Notes under the pieces: model-generated
The model's database searches: none
What the model saw: only the letters and a program-made list of their open reading frames with translations
What the model was told of the DNA's origin: nothing
Program-made: the position numbers and the translations under genes
Part shown: one piece after another, positions 1 through 9,541 of the stretch
Layout of the letters: the number at the start of each line of letters is the position of its first letter
How positions within the stretch are numbered: the stretch's first letter is position 1
Source of the DNA: a virus
Taxonomy: Duplodnaviria; Caudoviricetes
Strand: one strand, 5' to 3'
Length of the DNA: 64,000 bases
IMG/VR virus record: IMGVR_UViG_2600255140_000004
Span: 1-64,000 of that record

Positions 1-3000
1 AGGTACAGGAACCTGTATGTGGGGATGTGCTGCCATGTAGGCGATGACCTCGTGGAAGGCGAGAAGAAGAACCAGGTGTCCGTCCTTGAGAAAGGCGACG
101 GGTATGTGGTGCTTGGCTTGGCGCAGACAGCGGCAGGAACGGGCTTGGATGACCAGGCGGGCGCGACCATCATCAAGGTCATGACCAGCGGGAAAGCCAT
201 GCTGAAGAAGGTCTCTTCCGCTCCGGCAGTCACGGACGGAAATAAATGCTATTCTTTGGAGGGCGCGCAGTATGGCGTGTATTCTGACGCGGCTTGTACA
301 AAACAGGTGGCAACATTTACAACGAACGCAAAAGGCGAGTCTGGCGAGGCTGAACTTCCGGCTGGCGAGTACTATGTAAAAGAAATCAAAGCGTCTCCGG
401 GATACAAGCTTGATCCAGAACCGCATCCGATTACAGTAAAAAGCGGCGAAACTACCACCATTACCGTGCAGGAAGAGCCGGGGGACGACCCAATCAATAT
501 CATATTGAACAAGCTGGATAGCGTTACCGGAGCATTTACCCAAGGTGGAGCGGAGCTTGCGGGGGCAGAGTTCACCATTAAATATTACGATGGTTACTAC
601 AATAAGGGAAATCTCCCGGGAACAGCAAAGAAAACGTGGATTATCAAGACAGTAAAGCAGGAAGACGGAACTTATGTGGCAGACATGCACAATCCCGAAT
701 GTAGAGCTGGCGGAGATGATTACTATACGGATGACAGCGGAATTGTTATTCTTCCTCTCGGCACAGTCACCATCCAGGAGACAAAAGCACCTGCCGGCTA
801 TCTTTTAGAGGGCTCAATGCTGAAGAATGTAACAACAGGGGAGACCATCAATGACGGCGGCATATACTTAAGCCAGGTCGTGCAGGAGGCGAACGGCGGG
901 GAAGCACGTTTAGTCGGCGGCGGTGACCTTGTAGGCGGCAACCGGGCTGACAGAGTGGAGTTCCAGATCAACGAGGTCGTAAAGCGCGGGGACATCATGA
1001 TGCGGAAGCTGGATGCCGAGACGCAGAAGAAGATGGCAGGAGTGGAGTTCCGGCTGACCAACACGAAAACGGGCGAGTCGCATACGTTCGTGACGGACGA
1101 GAATGGCGAGTACAGCACGGAAAGCGCGTTCGCGAAACACTCCCATAACACGAACAAAGGCGGCGACGGAGACGGCATCTGGTTCAGCCAGACAGAAGGC
1201 GGCGGGGAGGCGCCGGTTGACGACAGCCTTGGCGCGCTCCAGTACGGGGAGTACAGGATTGAGGAGATCCCGGGCGAGAACAACGCCGGAAAGGTGATGT
1301 TCGAGGACACGTTCAAGCTGAGCCGCGACGGGTATACCATCAACTTAAACAGCGTGGAGAACCATGACGGCATCGCGATCATGACAGTCGCGAGGGACAA
1401 AGCGACCGGGACGCATTACGCACATGCGGGCGAGGGAACGGCGCTCATTGACACGGTGCAGATGGAGAACCTGAAGAAGGGCACGGCGTATAAGCTCGTC
1501 GCAAAGCTCGTGGATGCGGCAACCGGCGAAGAGATCCTGAAGGCGGACGGTACCCCGGTGACAGGGGAGGCGGAGTTCAAGGCCCTGACCACATCCCGGA
1601 CCGTGGAAGTGAAGCTTGATGAATTTGACTCGGCAGCCCTTGAAGGGAAGACAGCCGTCATTTATGAATACCTCTACGATACAGCTACCGGCGAAGAGGC
1701 CGCAAGGCATGAAGACCCGGAGGACAAGGACCAGATGGTGCATTTCGCACAGGCGATCAGCACGGACGCACAGGACGTGCAGACGGGTACGCATGTGGGG
1801 AGCAGCACGAAACTCAAGGACATTGTCTCATACAAAGGGCTGGAGCCCGGGGAGAAGTACACGCTGAAGGCAAGCCTTGTCAATAAGGAGACCGGGGAGG
1901 CCGAGGCGGAAGGCAGCAGCGAGTTCACCGCTGAAATGGAGGACGGGAAAGCGGAAGTCCTGCTTGATGCGCCTGCGGAGTACAAAGGGAAGACCTATGT
2001 GTTTTATGAAGAGCTGTATTACGGGGACGCGCTCCTTGCAGATCATAAGGACTTAAGCGACGAAGGCCAGTCCATCCACTACCCGGAGATCGGCACAAAA
2101 GCGGCTGACGGGCTCACAAAGACCCAGATCGGCGCAGGGGCATCCGGGAAGACCACCATCATTGACACGGTGGAATATAAGAACCTGATACCGGGCCAGG
2201 AATACACCATCACAGGGGTATTGATGGACAAGGAGACAGGCGGGGAGTTTGCCCAGAAGGTGGAAGAGAAGAGCGTCTTTGACAAAGCCGTGGATTTCTT
2301 CACTGGCGGGGACAAAGCGGTCGGCAAAGTGGTCGATAAAGTCGTGGACTTCTTCACTGGCGGGGATAAAGCAGAAGACAAGCAGGAAGATAAGACGGAA
2401 GACAAAGCGGAAGACAAAGCGGAAGATAAATCAGAAGATAAGTCGGAAGACAAGTCGGAAGATGAGACGGAAGACAAGACGGAAGATAAAGCGGAAGACA
2501 AGACGGAAGATAAAGCGGAAGACGAGACGGAAGGCAAAGACCAGAAAAAGGAACTGACATCATCCGTGACATTCACGCCGGAGAAGGCGGACGGCACGGT
2601 GGAGCTGGCCTATGAGGTTGGCACGGAGGACATCCAGGGCAGGACGCTTGTCGTGTTCGAGGACCTGATCGTGAAAGGCGTCGTGGTCACTTCACATGCG
2701 GACATCGAGGATGAAGGGCAGTCTGTATACTACCCGGGCGTGAAGACGACGGCGGTAGACACAAAGACGCAGGAGCATGTCAGCGAGCATTCAAAGACAG
2801 CGACCATCACGGACAGGGTAGAGTATACGAACCTGCTTGCAGGGCATGAGTATACCGTGACCGGGAAACTGATGGACCAGTCCACTGGGGAGCCGTTGCT
2901 TGACAAGGACGGGAAGGAGCATACCGCATCCGTGACGTTCAAGGCGGGCAGCACATCCGGCTATGAGACCCTCAAGGCACAGGATGGCTCGGAATACTTC

Positions 3001-3768
3001 CATGTATTTGACGGCGTGGACGGCAGCTTTTACTTCAAGGCGGTGGACGGCAAGTACCTAAGCTGCGACCAGTACGGCGCAGATGTGGAAAACCCCGTGG
3101 CCGTGGAGGAGGCCCAGGTGAAGGCAGAGAAAGCGGCGGAAGAAAAGACGGTCTCCGGCAGCGTAGACCTGGTCTATACCGTGGATGCCACACTGCTCAC
3201 CGGAAAGACGGTAGTCGTATTTGAGGACCTTTATTATGAGGACGTGAAGATCGCCACGCACAGCGACATCAAGGATGAGGCGCAGTCCGTGCATACGCCT
3301 GAGATCAGGACGAACGCGACCGTGGATGGGAAACATGCCGCGAAAGCGTCAGGGAAGACGAAGATCGTGGACAAGGTGACATACGAGAACCTTGTGCCGG
3401 GGCTTGAGTACACGGTGACAGGCACGCTGATGGACAAGAAGACCGGGGAGGCTGTGGACGCAGAGACAAAGCCGGTGACATTCACGCCAGAGGCGGCATC
3501 CGGCAGCGTGGACATTGAGTTCGTTGCCGATACCAGGGGCAGCTCGGCGCTCGTGGCGTTTGAAGAGCTTACATGCAAGGGAACGCTCGTGGCGCAGCAC
3601 AAGGACCTCAAGGATAAGGACCAGACGGTGACTTTCAAGAAAGGCACGAAGGGCACGAAAGGCGCGGAGTCCGTACAGACGGGCGACTATATCATGGGCA
3701 TCGTACTCCTGCTCATTGCGGGGGCTGCAGCCGGATTGATCGGCATTAGGCTGAGAAAGAAGAAATAA
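1..3768 (+). CDS. Large sortase-anchored surface protein (SpaA/Cna-B isopeptide domains + VaFE/TQ-type repeats), 5'-truncated by window
   Basis: Frame open from base 1. LEGAQYGVY..TTN..G..GEYYVKEIKASPGY Cna-B motifs; repeated 'DTVxYxNL..G..Y...VVFExL...HxDxxDExQ' units; C-terminal VQTGD + TM helix + RKKK. Confidence 0.85.
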   Translation, partial: RYRNLYVGMCCHVGDDLVEGEKKNQVSVLEKGDGYVVLGLAQTAAGTGLDDQAGATIIKVMTSGKAMLKKVSSAPAVTDGNKCYSLEGAQYGVYSDAACTKQVATFTTNAKGESGEAELPAGEYYVKEIKASPGYKLDPEPHPITVKSGETTTITVQEEPGDDPINIILNKLDSVTGAFTQGGAELAGAEFTIKYYDGYYNKGNLPGTAKKTWIIKTVKQEDGTYVADMHNPECRAGGDDYYTDDSGIVILPLGTVTIQETKAPAGYLLEGSMLKNVTTGETINDGGIYLSQVVQEANGGEARLVGGGDLVGGNRADRVEFQINEVVKRGDIMMRKLDAETQKKMAGVEFRLTNTKTGESHTFVTDENGEYSTESAFAKHSHNTNKGGDGDGIWFSQTEGGGEAPVDDSLGALQYGEYRIEEIPGENNAGKVMFEDTFKLSRDGYTINLNSVENHDGIAIMTVARDKATGTHYAHAGEGTALIDTVQMENLKKGTAYKLVAKLVDAATGEEILKADGTPVTGEAEFKALTTSRTVEVKLDEFDSAALEGKTAVIYEYLYDTATGEEAARHEDPEDKDQMVHFAQAISTDAQDVQTGTHVGSSTKLKDIVSYKGLEPGEKYTLKASLVNKETGEAEAEGSSEFTAEMEDGKAEVLLDAPAEYKGKTYVFYEELYYGDALLADHKDLSDEGQSIHYPEIGTKAADGLTKTQIGAGASGKTTIIDTVEYKNLIPGQEYTITGVLMDKETGGEFAQKVEEKSVFDKAVDFFTGGDKAVGKVVDKVVDFFTGGDKAEDKQEDKTEDKAEDKAEDKSEDKSEDKSEDETEDKTEDKAEDKTEDKAEDETEGKDQKKELTSSVTFTPEKADGTVELAYEVGTEDIQGRTLVVFEDLIVKGVVVTSHADIEDEGQSVYYPGVKTTAVDTKTQEHVSEHSKTATITDRVEYTNLLAGHEYTVTGKLMDQSTGEPLLDKDGKEHTASVTFKAGSTSGYETLKAQDGSEYFHVFDGVDGSFYFKAVDGKYLSCDQYGADVENPVAVEEAQVKAEKAAEEKTVSGSVDLVYTVDATLLTGKTVVVFEDLYYEDVKIATHSDIKDEAQSVHTPEIRTNATVDGKHAAKASGKTKIVDKVTYENLVPGLEYTVTGTLMDKKTGEAVDAETKPVTFTPEAASGSVDIEFVADTRGSSALVAFEELTCKGTLVAQHKDLKDKDQTVTFKKGTKGTKGAESVQTGDYIMGIVLLLIAGAAAGLIGIRLRKKK
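2365..2540 (+). repeat. 12-bp tandem repeat encoding (EDKx)n linker
   Basis: GAAGAYAARRCG-like units inside the CDS. Confidence 0.9.
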
Positions 3769-3777
3769 GAAATAAGA

Positions 3778-3806
3778 AAGGGCGGCGCGTAATGCGCCGT
3801 CTTTTT
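3778..3806 (+). terminator. Rho-independent terminator
   Basis: GGCGGCGC-GTAAT-GCGCCGTC + T-tract after the stop codon. Confidence 0.8.
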
Positions 3807-3902
3807 GATAAGGTATCAGAAATTAGATAGGATGGGGGAACCAGGTTCCGGGCGTGCAGTGGCTTGCCCAAGCGGTTTCGCCCAAAGAAGGAGAAAACCG
3901 TC

Positions 3903-4232
3903 ATGTTACGAAATATTATTCCTACTTTATGCACATAGCCTACATGGCTGAAATGCATCATAATCATCATCTGCATCTGTATTATGCTTGTTATCACTTT
4001 CTATAACGTACAAAAGTGGAAACGCATTTATAAAGTCATTGGCTGTATCCTTGCATTTCCCATTATATATATCTGCTTTACCATATCTTTTCATACAACC
4101 ATCAGTATCTTTTGTAATACAGATGCCGTCTTAAATCTTTATAATGATATCACATCATTCTGGGTATATCTGTATGACATGGCAAAAAACAGCCTGCATC
4201 AGATGAAGACTATATGGAACAGCGCCGGATAA
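3903..4232 (+). pseudogene. Small membrane protein with in-frame TAG at codon 12 (or short CDS 3984-4232)
   Basis: AAGGAG RBS + ATG 3903; TAG 3936-38; same frame continues as the hydrophobic ORF 3984-4232. Confidence 0.45.
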
Positions 4233-4399
4233 CTTGACATTTTGTCAGAATGGATGTGGTTGAAATTCCTGTTGGATTATGTTACTATCTGTTTGGGACT
4301 ACCAGGATGGTAGGCGGTTAGCCCTCTCCGGAGGGACTGTGACCCTCCGTTTACATAATCCGTCTCTGAGCGGAAATACTGAAAGGGAGGGCGACGCTT

Positions 4400-4504
4400 A
4401 TGTTGACGTTGGAAGGACTTATTGCAGTAATCAGCCTTTGTGTTGGTTGCTTTAGCCTTGGATACGCCATGGGGCGTAACGATAATCACAAGACACAAAA
4501 ATAG
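4400..4504 (+). CDS. Type I toxin-like hydrophobic peptide (34 aa)
   Basis: MLTLEGLIAVISLCVGCFSLGYAMGRNDNHKTQK; GGGAGG RBS; promoter TTGAAA-17-TACTAT at 4260-4288; 5'UTR complementary to 3'UTR. Confidence 0.75.
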   Translation: MLTLEGLIAVISLCVGCFSLGYAMGRNDNHKTQK

Positions 4505-4610
4505 CCGCCCCGGTCTGACAAACTGAGCAGCTATTTTGTTGATCATATGTTGGGCTAACCGTCTATCGGTAGTCCATGTGGGGCGTCTGTTGGTGCAGAC
4601 GTCCTTCTTT
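4500..4610 (-). ncRNA. Putative antisense antitoxin RNA
   Basis: Convergent promoter TTGAAC-17-TATCCT (extended TG) at ~4645-4617; overlaps toxin 3'UTR; ends approximate. Confidence 0.55.
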
Positions 4611-4769
4611 ATCTAAAGGATAGCATAATCTGTGGGAAAGTTCAAGGATTTTCTTGCGTTGCCGGCGGCGTAGCTTGTGGGCTATGCCGTTTCTTTGTTT
4701 TGCAGGCTATTCAGTAAAAAATTTTACAAAAATTCAGTGGGACAGATATCTGCCCCACTGAGTAGGTAT

Positions 4770-5162
4770 TCACGCTTCAGCGGCAACTGGTACATATCGG
4801 AAAGACTGTGGAGCGCATGACACTCCGATATCCGCCAGAGTTTTTGGTTTGTCGTAAACAATTAGATTCTTGAGGTGATAAGCTACTGCTTTCTCCTTTC
4901 CTCTGTAATATTCCTGGAAAAACTGATAAGTTATCCCGGAATGGTCCTTGGTCATATCCCATACGGTCAGAGGGTCATCCTCCAAAATTTCTTCGATTTC
5001 GGCCTCGCCTACCACCTGTTTCTGGGGTGCGGTAGCATAAATTATGATTTTATCAACATCACTGCGGCAACGGGATTTCCGGTATTCATACAGCTTGGAA
5101 CCTTTGATAATGCTCGCGACATACTGCGGATTAATTGATAATAACATTTGACACATTGACAT
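4770..5162 (-). CDS. ASCH/PUA-like domain protein
   Basis: LLSINPQY...GSKLYEYRK...IYATAP...VGE...APQSFRY. Confidence 0.85.
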   Translation of the reverse strand: MSMCQMLLSINPQYVASIIKGSKLYEYRKSRCRSDVDKIIIYATAPQKQVVGEAEIEEILEDDPLTVWDMTKDHSGITYQFFQEYYRGKEKAVAYHLKNLIVYDKPKTLADIGVSCAPQSFRYVPVAAEA

Positions 5163-6234
5163 TTCCCTCCATTAGAATATTTGAAAACTGGCGTTCGGTC
5201 AGCTGGACAGCAGTAGGATATTGCCCATGAGCAGCCCAGTATCCGTGGTTGTCTAACCAATCCATATTTACATTGTTTCTAGCACCAAAATAGCCACAGT
5301 ACAGAAGTTCCATCACGGTCATATTCTTAAAACTTATATATTGCCGATACAATTCACTTTCATCGAAAACGGATTTGTTGCCGATGCGTTTTTTTAGTTC
5401 ATTGAAAGACATAAGGTAGCTGTTGTTTCGTTTCGCCTGAAAAGCCTTTGTGACAACACAATAGGAAGTGATGCATGAACGGAAACGTTTGCCGTTTCCT
5501 TTTGTGTATTTGCGGTAAATGAGAACCGGCTCACCGACTATGTAATGTAAGACGGGAGCCTGCCCGACATATATCTTGCTAAGTCCATTGCTTACGCTAC
5601 TGCCCACTTTATTCTGTAGGGCTATACTGTTATTTGCGAGTTCAGAGTAGGCAAACATAGTATCGTGATAATCATCGTCAATAATGACGTACCCAGCATG
5701 GTCAAAGCCTCCTTTAATAAAAGGAAATGCTTTGTAGGAATCGGAAAAATCAATGTGGCTCCGGCTTTTAACCATGACATTCTCGCCGTCTTTATTAAGC
5801 CCGTATTTCTCAAAACCGAATTTTTCGAACTGTGAGATTAAAGTTGCGTGCTTATCAAATACGGTGACATAAATTTCAGAAACGTCTGACTTTTGCCATT
5901 TCCACAAGAGAAGACCGATAGCACCTTCACCAATGCGCTGGCGGCGATACCGCTCTGCGATACGCATGGTGCTGATTTTGATGCGTTTCTTTGCAGGGAG
6001 AGAGAAATCCTGCAAATCAATAGGTTCTTCTTCCTGTTTCAGTACAATAAAAGCACCAACTCCGACCTCGTCTTCGAAAACAAGAGCTGTAGCTCCTGTA
6101 GCCGATTTTTTCTTGAACCAATCCACAAATCCGGTACTGTTCGCAGTTCCTGGATAGTCCAATTTGAGAGTATCGAAAAAAACATCTTCAAGGTCGATAT
6201 CTGTAAATTTCTTTAATGAGAATCGTCCTGCCAT
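5131..6234 (-). CDS. GNAT acetyltransferase fused to C-terminal PUA/EVE-like domain
   Basis: KISTMRI...RRQRIGE acetyl-CoA motif; IYVTVF..FEKFGF; C-terminal half with GxxxxIYR. Confidence 0.75.
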   Translation of the reverse strand: MAGRFSLKKFTDIDLEDVFFDTLKLDYPGTANSTGFVDWFKKKSATGATALVFEDEVGVGAFIVLKQEEEPIDLQDFSLPAKKRIKISTMRIAERYRRQRIGEGAIGLLLWKWQKSDVSEIYVTVFDKHATLISQFEKFGFEKYGLNKDGENVMVKSRSHIDFSDSYKAFPFIKGGFDHAGYVIIDDDYHDTMFAYSELANNSIALQNKVGSSVSNGLSKIYVGQAPVLHYIVGEPVLIYRKYTKGNGKRFRSCITSYCVVTKAFQAKRNNSYLMSFNELKKRIGNKSVFDESELYRQYISFKNMTVMELLYCGYFGARNNVNMDWLDNHGYWAAHGQYPTAVQLTERQFSNILMEGNVNVSNVIIN

Positions 6235-6235
6235 A

Positions 6236-6757
6236 TTATTTTCCTCCTGTTCTGATTAGTTCCATTATGCGCTTTAAATCTGCGGCACCTTCTGATACAA
6301 TCAGTGGAATATGGAGTAGGGAAGAGATTTCGTGGGCATATTGGCGTTCGGCATTCTGGAATGCGGAGATTTCGCCGATATTTTGCTGAATGCCATCCCG
6401 CTGGAACCGGCGATTCGCGATGATTTCTGGTTTTTCCGTCAGCAGGACTATCATATCAGGATTTAGTGACGTATAAGTATCCTGGGGAATGCGGGTAATC
6501 TTGCCAACTTCATTTAAAAGGCAGAAATGACCGTCCAGGATGAATTCGTTGCTTTCCTGACGAAGAGTATGTATGGCTCCAATAAGCAAGGGCTGGTTGT
6601 CATCAATGTCTGGAACAAATTTATCAGAGGAGAATCCCTTTTTCCGTTGTTCCGTAATCAGCTTGCTAGCTGAATAGCTTTTGATCCCAAGCTGCTGTAA
6701 TGCCATACTACAGAAGTAGGACTTCCCTACACCATGTATGCCGCTTAAAAAAATCAT
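6236..6757 (-). CDS. P-loop NMP-kinase-like ATPase (AAA_17/adenylate-kinase-like)
   Basis: IFLSGIHGVGKS Walker A; ILDGHF; RRFQRD lid. Confidence 0.8.
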   Translation of the reverse strand: MIFLSGIHGVGKSYFCSMALQQLGIKSYSASKLITEQRKKGFSSDKFVPDIDDNQPLLIGAIHTLRQESNEFILDGHFCLLNEVGKITRIPQDTYTSLNPDMIVLLTEKPEIIANRRFQRDGIQQNIGEISAFQNAERQYAHEISSLLHIPLIVSEGAADLKRIMELIRTGGK

Positions 6758-7269
6758 AGTATCCCTCTTTTCCAGAAATTCTTTTCTACATTGTATCACA
6801 ACGTAGCTGGTTTGTGAACTATTCATTGTCTAAAGCCAATGGGTCAATGGGTGGTTTATTTATGAAATAAAAGTTATTCGATGGAGTGAGCGAAACAAGG
6901 AAGATAATATCGTTTTACTTTCAGCGTGATAATTAAAATCCTTTTGGATGCCACGGGCGGAATCCCGCTGTCGGCGGCGCGTAATGCGCCGTCTTTCGCG
7001 CTTGGAGGACGTTGCCTGTATTCTCTGCAATACGGGAGAACCGGGTTCCGAACCCATATTCCCGCGCCAATAAAACACAAATTTATTCTCTTTGTGGATT
7101 TTTATTCTTGATAACGGTATAGCTAGAAAAGGAAAGGCAGATGCTATTCCTATGTCTGAATAAACTTGTGGAACAAGAAAATGGAGTTAAACAGATTGAC
7201 GGATTAAAAAAAAAATCATATACTTATTATAATGGAAGGATACAATTTATAAGGAAGGGGGAAAAGCCC

Positions 7270-7764
7270 ATGATGAAAGGGATTGACGTTGCTCGGTATT
7301 TTCTTAGTCTTGATAAGAATGGCGAAATTTTCAACAAGATTCTTCGCACACAAAACGGAAGAACGTTTTATGAGGGAAATGCAAGGCTGAACAAGTATAT
7401 GCATTTGGCTCAGAATATTTATATTGCAAAATATGGCGCTCTGTTAATGGACTCGGTTTTCTACGCATATGACAATGGGGCAGTTGACCCTGTAGTACAG
7501 GAAAGCTATTCTGTACTTTTGGAGCGCCGGGATCAGGCGGTTTCCCTACAGGAAAGAGAACAACGATTTTTAGACAGTATATTCAAGGCTTTCTATAATG
7601 CGACGTTAGACGAACTGATTGAGTTATCCCATGAGGATTCAGAGTGGGTGGATAAACATGGGTATTACCGTAAGGAGGATCAGAAAATGGACTCCATGGC
7701 ACGGAAGGCAGAATATGAAAGACAGTATGCGGATATGATAAAAATTCTTGAGAGGATGGGTTGA
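7270..7764 (+). CDS. Panacea/SocA (DUF4065) antitoxin
   Basis: IDVARYF...RLNKYMHLAQ...FYAYDNGAV...ELSHEDSEW. Confidence 0.75.
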   Translation: MMKGIDVARYFLSLDKNGEIFNKILRTQNGRTFYEGNARLNKYMHLAQNIYIAKYGALLMDSVFYAYDNGAVDPVVQESYSVLLERRDQAVSLQEREQRFLDSIFKAFYNATLDELIELSHEDSEWVDKHGYYRKEDQKMDSMARKAEYERQYADMIKILERMG

Positions 7765-7767
7765 TGA

Positions 7768-8199
7768 ATGGATTTAGAAATCGGTCAAGTGATCTCTGCA
7801 AGGATACGATTTAATAATTTTGGTTTGAAATCTTCTTCAAAGCACCCATATCTAATAGTAGGGATAGATGAAGAGCTTAGGACGGTTGAGATTGCACAGC
7901 TTGATTCCCTGCAAGGGAAGGAATACAAAGCTGCTATGCGTTGCAATAAGGTCATATTTTGCGATGAACCTATAGAGACTGTTATTGACAGGGACAGCTA
8001 TGTGCAATTAGACAATACGTTTCGCGTGGAACTATATGATGGATTGACGAGGTATAGAAGACAGACAGATAAATTGAGTGAAGAAAAGTTGAAGGATGTT
8101 TTGAAAAGTTATCGGTCTTACCATGAAGTTCACCATATTGATGAAAATAAACAGGTCTATATGGATAGGGGAGAGTTCGAAAATTTACAGAATACATAA
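7768..8199 (+). CDS. PemK/MazF-like toxin
   Basis: IGQVISARIRF...KHPYLIV...SYVQLDN; 3 nt downstream of Panacea gene. Confidence 0.6.
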   Translation: MDLEIGQVISARIRFNNFGLKSSSKHPYLIVGIDEELRTVEIAQLDSLQGKEYKAAMRCNKVIFCDEPIETVIDRDSYVQLDNTFRVELYDGLTRYRRQTDKLSEEKLKDVLKSYRSYHEVHHIDENKQVYMDRGEFENLQNT

Positions 8200-8385
8200 C
8201 AATGCCCAGGATATCATTTTTGACGATGTATTTGAGCTTGGACGCGCCGCAGATGGCATCCTGCCAGAGGAAATTGCCATCTGTAAAGCTGGAATGAAGT
8301 TGACGGAATGCTCACTTCTTTTAAAGGGGGTATCAGAAGGGTGCGGAGCGTAAAGATTGTTCTTGCTGATACCGGAAAAGGACTT

Positions 8386-8536
8386 CGATTTCCTTTAGTT
8401 CATCAAGTGATAATAACGGAACACACTCTGCAATTTCTTCAAGTGTCATTTTCCCCTTTTTTATTAATCTTTCTGCGGTTTCCCTCGCGTTGTTCAGTGC
8501 CGCTTCGTTCCTCATATCTTCCATAATTTTACACAT
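8386..8536 (-). pseudogene. C-terminal fragment of Rpn/PD-(D/E)XK family protein
   Basis: MCKIMEDMRNEA...AERLIKKGKMTLEEIAEC...LSLDELKEI; no nuclease domain and no SD. Confidence 0.55.
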
Positions 8537-8848
8537 GGTATATTGTTGCCAAATCAATCCCGTCACTTACTCGTGAGTTTATAGTGGAGTTAAGTAAAAA
8601 AATATTGCAGCCAAGCAATATTTAGTGGTTTCGGCAGCCAAAACTATCTGTAGGATTAAACTGTCTAATAAGCCGTGCTGGGTCTCGTCCTGCGCGGCTT
8701 ATGGAGGTATGGAGCGTAAAGCTTGTTCCTGCTGATTCCGGAAAAGGACTCCTTGGATGGGTTCTTTTTTTAGTTGCCGTTTTCAATCTTATTTTCACAA
8801 ATGACCAAATTATCCTTGAAAAGAAAATCATTAAAGGAGGATTTTGTC

Positions 8849-9541
8849 ATGAATGGAAAAAAGAAATTTGACAGAAACAAGGTACAGGGATTGATTGACA
8901 TGAAAGACTGGAAAGGACTGCGGGAATATGATTTCCGTGGTGTGGATCTGAGCAGTATGTACTTTTGGCAGGCGGAGCTTGACGGCATGGATTTTAGCGG
9001 GGCTGACCTTTATTGTGTGACCTTTAGCGGCACAACCCTGAAAAACGCGAATTTCAGGAACGCTTCCTTACGATGCGTGGATTTATGCAGTTCAATTATT
9101 GGTGGCGCAGATTTCCGTGGTGCGGATATTGCTAGGGTGGAATTCCCCGACATGTATATGGACGGGGTCATCATGGATGAGACGACATCCCACTTCCATA
9201 CGCATTGCCCGGAAGAGGGCGGGTTTACCGGCTATAAAAAGGCGTGTACCCTCACGGAACATCCGTATATTGTCGAGCTGAAGATCCCGGCACATGCCTT
9301 ACGTTCCAGTGCAACAACAAATAAATGCCGCTGTTCGGAAGCGGAAGTGATGTCCGTTACCCGCCTGGATGGCACAGACGATGGCACAGATATTGTGAGG
9401 AGCTGGTGGAACCCATATTTTCTGTATAAAGCCGGGGAAACAGTCAAAGCAGATGGTTTTGATGAAAACCGCTGGAACGAATGTGCTCCTGGTATCCACT
9501 TCTTCATGACGAGGGAAGAGGCTGTAGATTATGTTTTCTGA
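8849..9541 (+). CDS. Pentapeptide-repeat + DUF5758-like protein, copy 1
   Basis: A(D/N)(L/F)xx repeats; CPEEG.F.GYK...KCRCS...ECAPGIHFF.TREEA. Confidence 0.85.
   Translation: MNGKKKFDRNKVQGLIDMKDWKGLREYDFRGVDLSSMYFWQAELDGMDFSGADLYCVTFSGTTLKNANFRNASLRCVDLCSSIIGGADFRGADIARVEFPDMYMDGVIMDETTSHFHTHCPEEGGFTGYKKACTLTEHPYIVELKIPAHALRSSATTNKCRCSEAEVMSVTRLDGTDDGTDIVRSWWNPYFLYKAGETVKADGFDENRWNECAPGIHFFMTREEAVDYVF

Noticed and set aside
372-3656. Many long antisense and alternate-frame ORFs here and throughout the window
   Set aside because: Shadows of GC3-biased real genes; no RBS or recognisable motifs
3936-3938. Amber recoding of the element
   Set aside because: Several clear genes (e.g. int, lepB, trigger-factor-like) terminate at TAG, and long ORFs are intact in code 11
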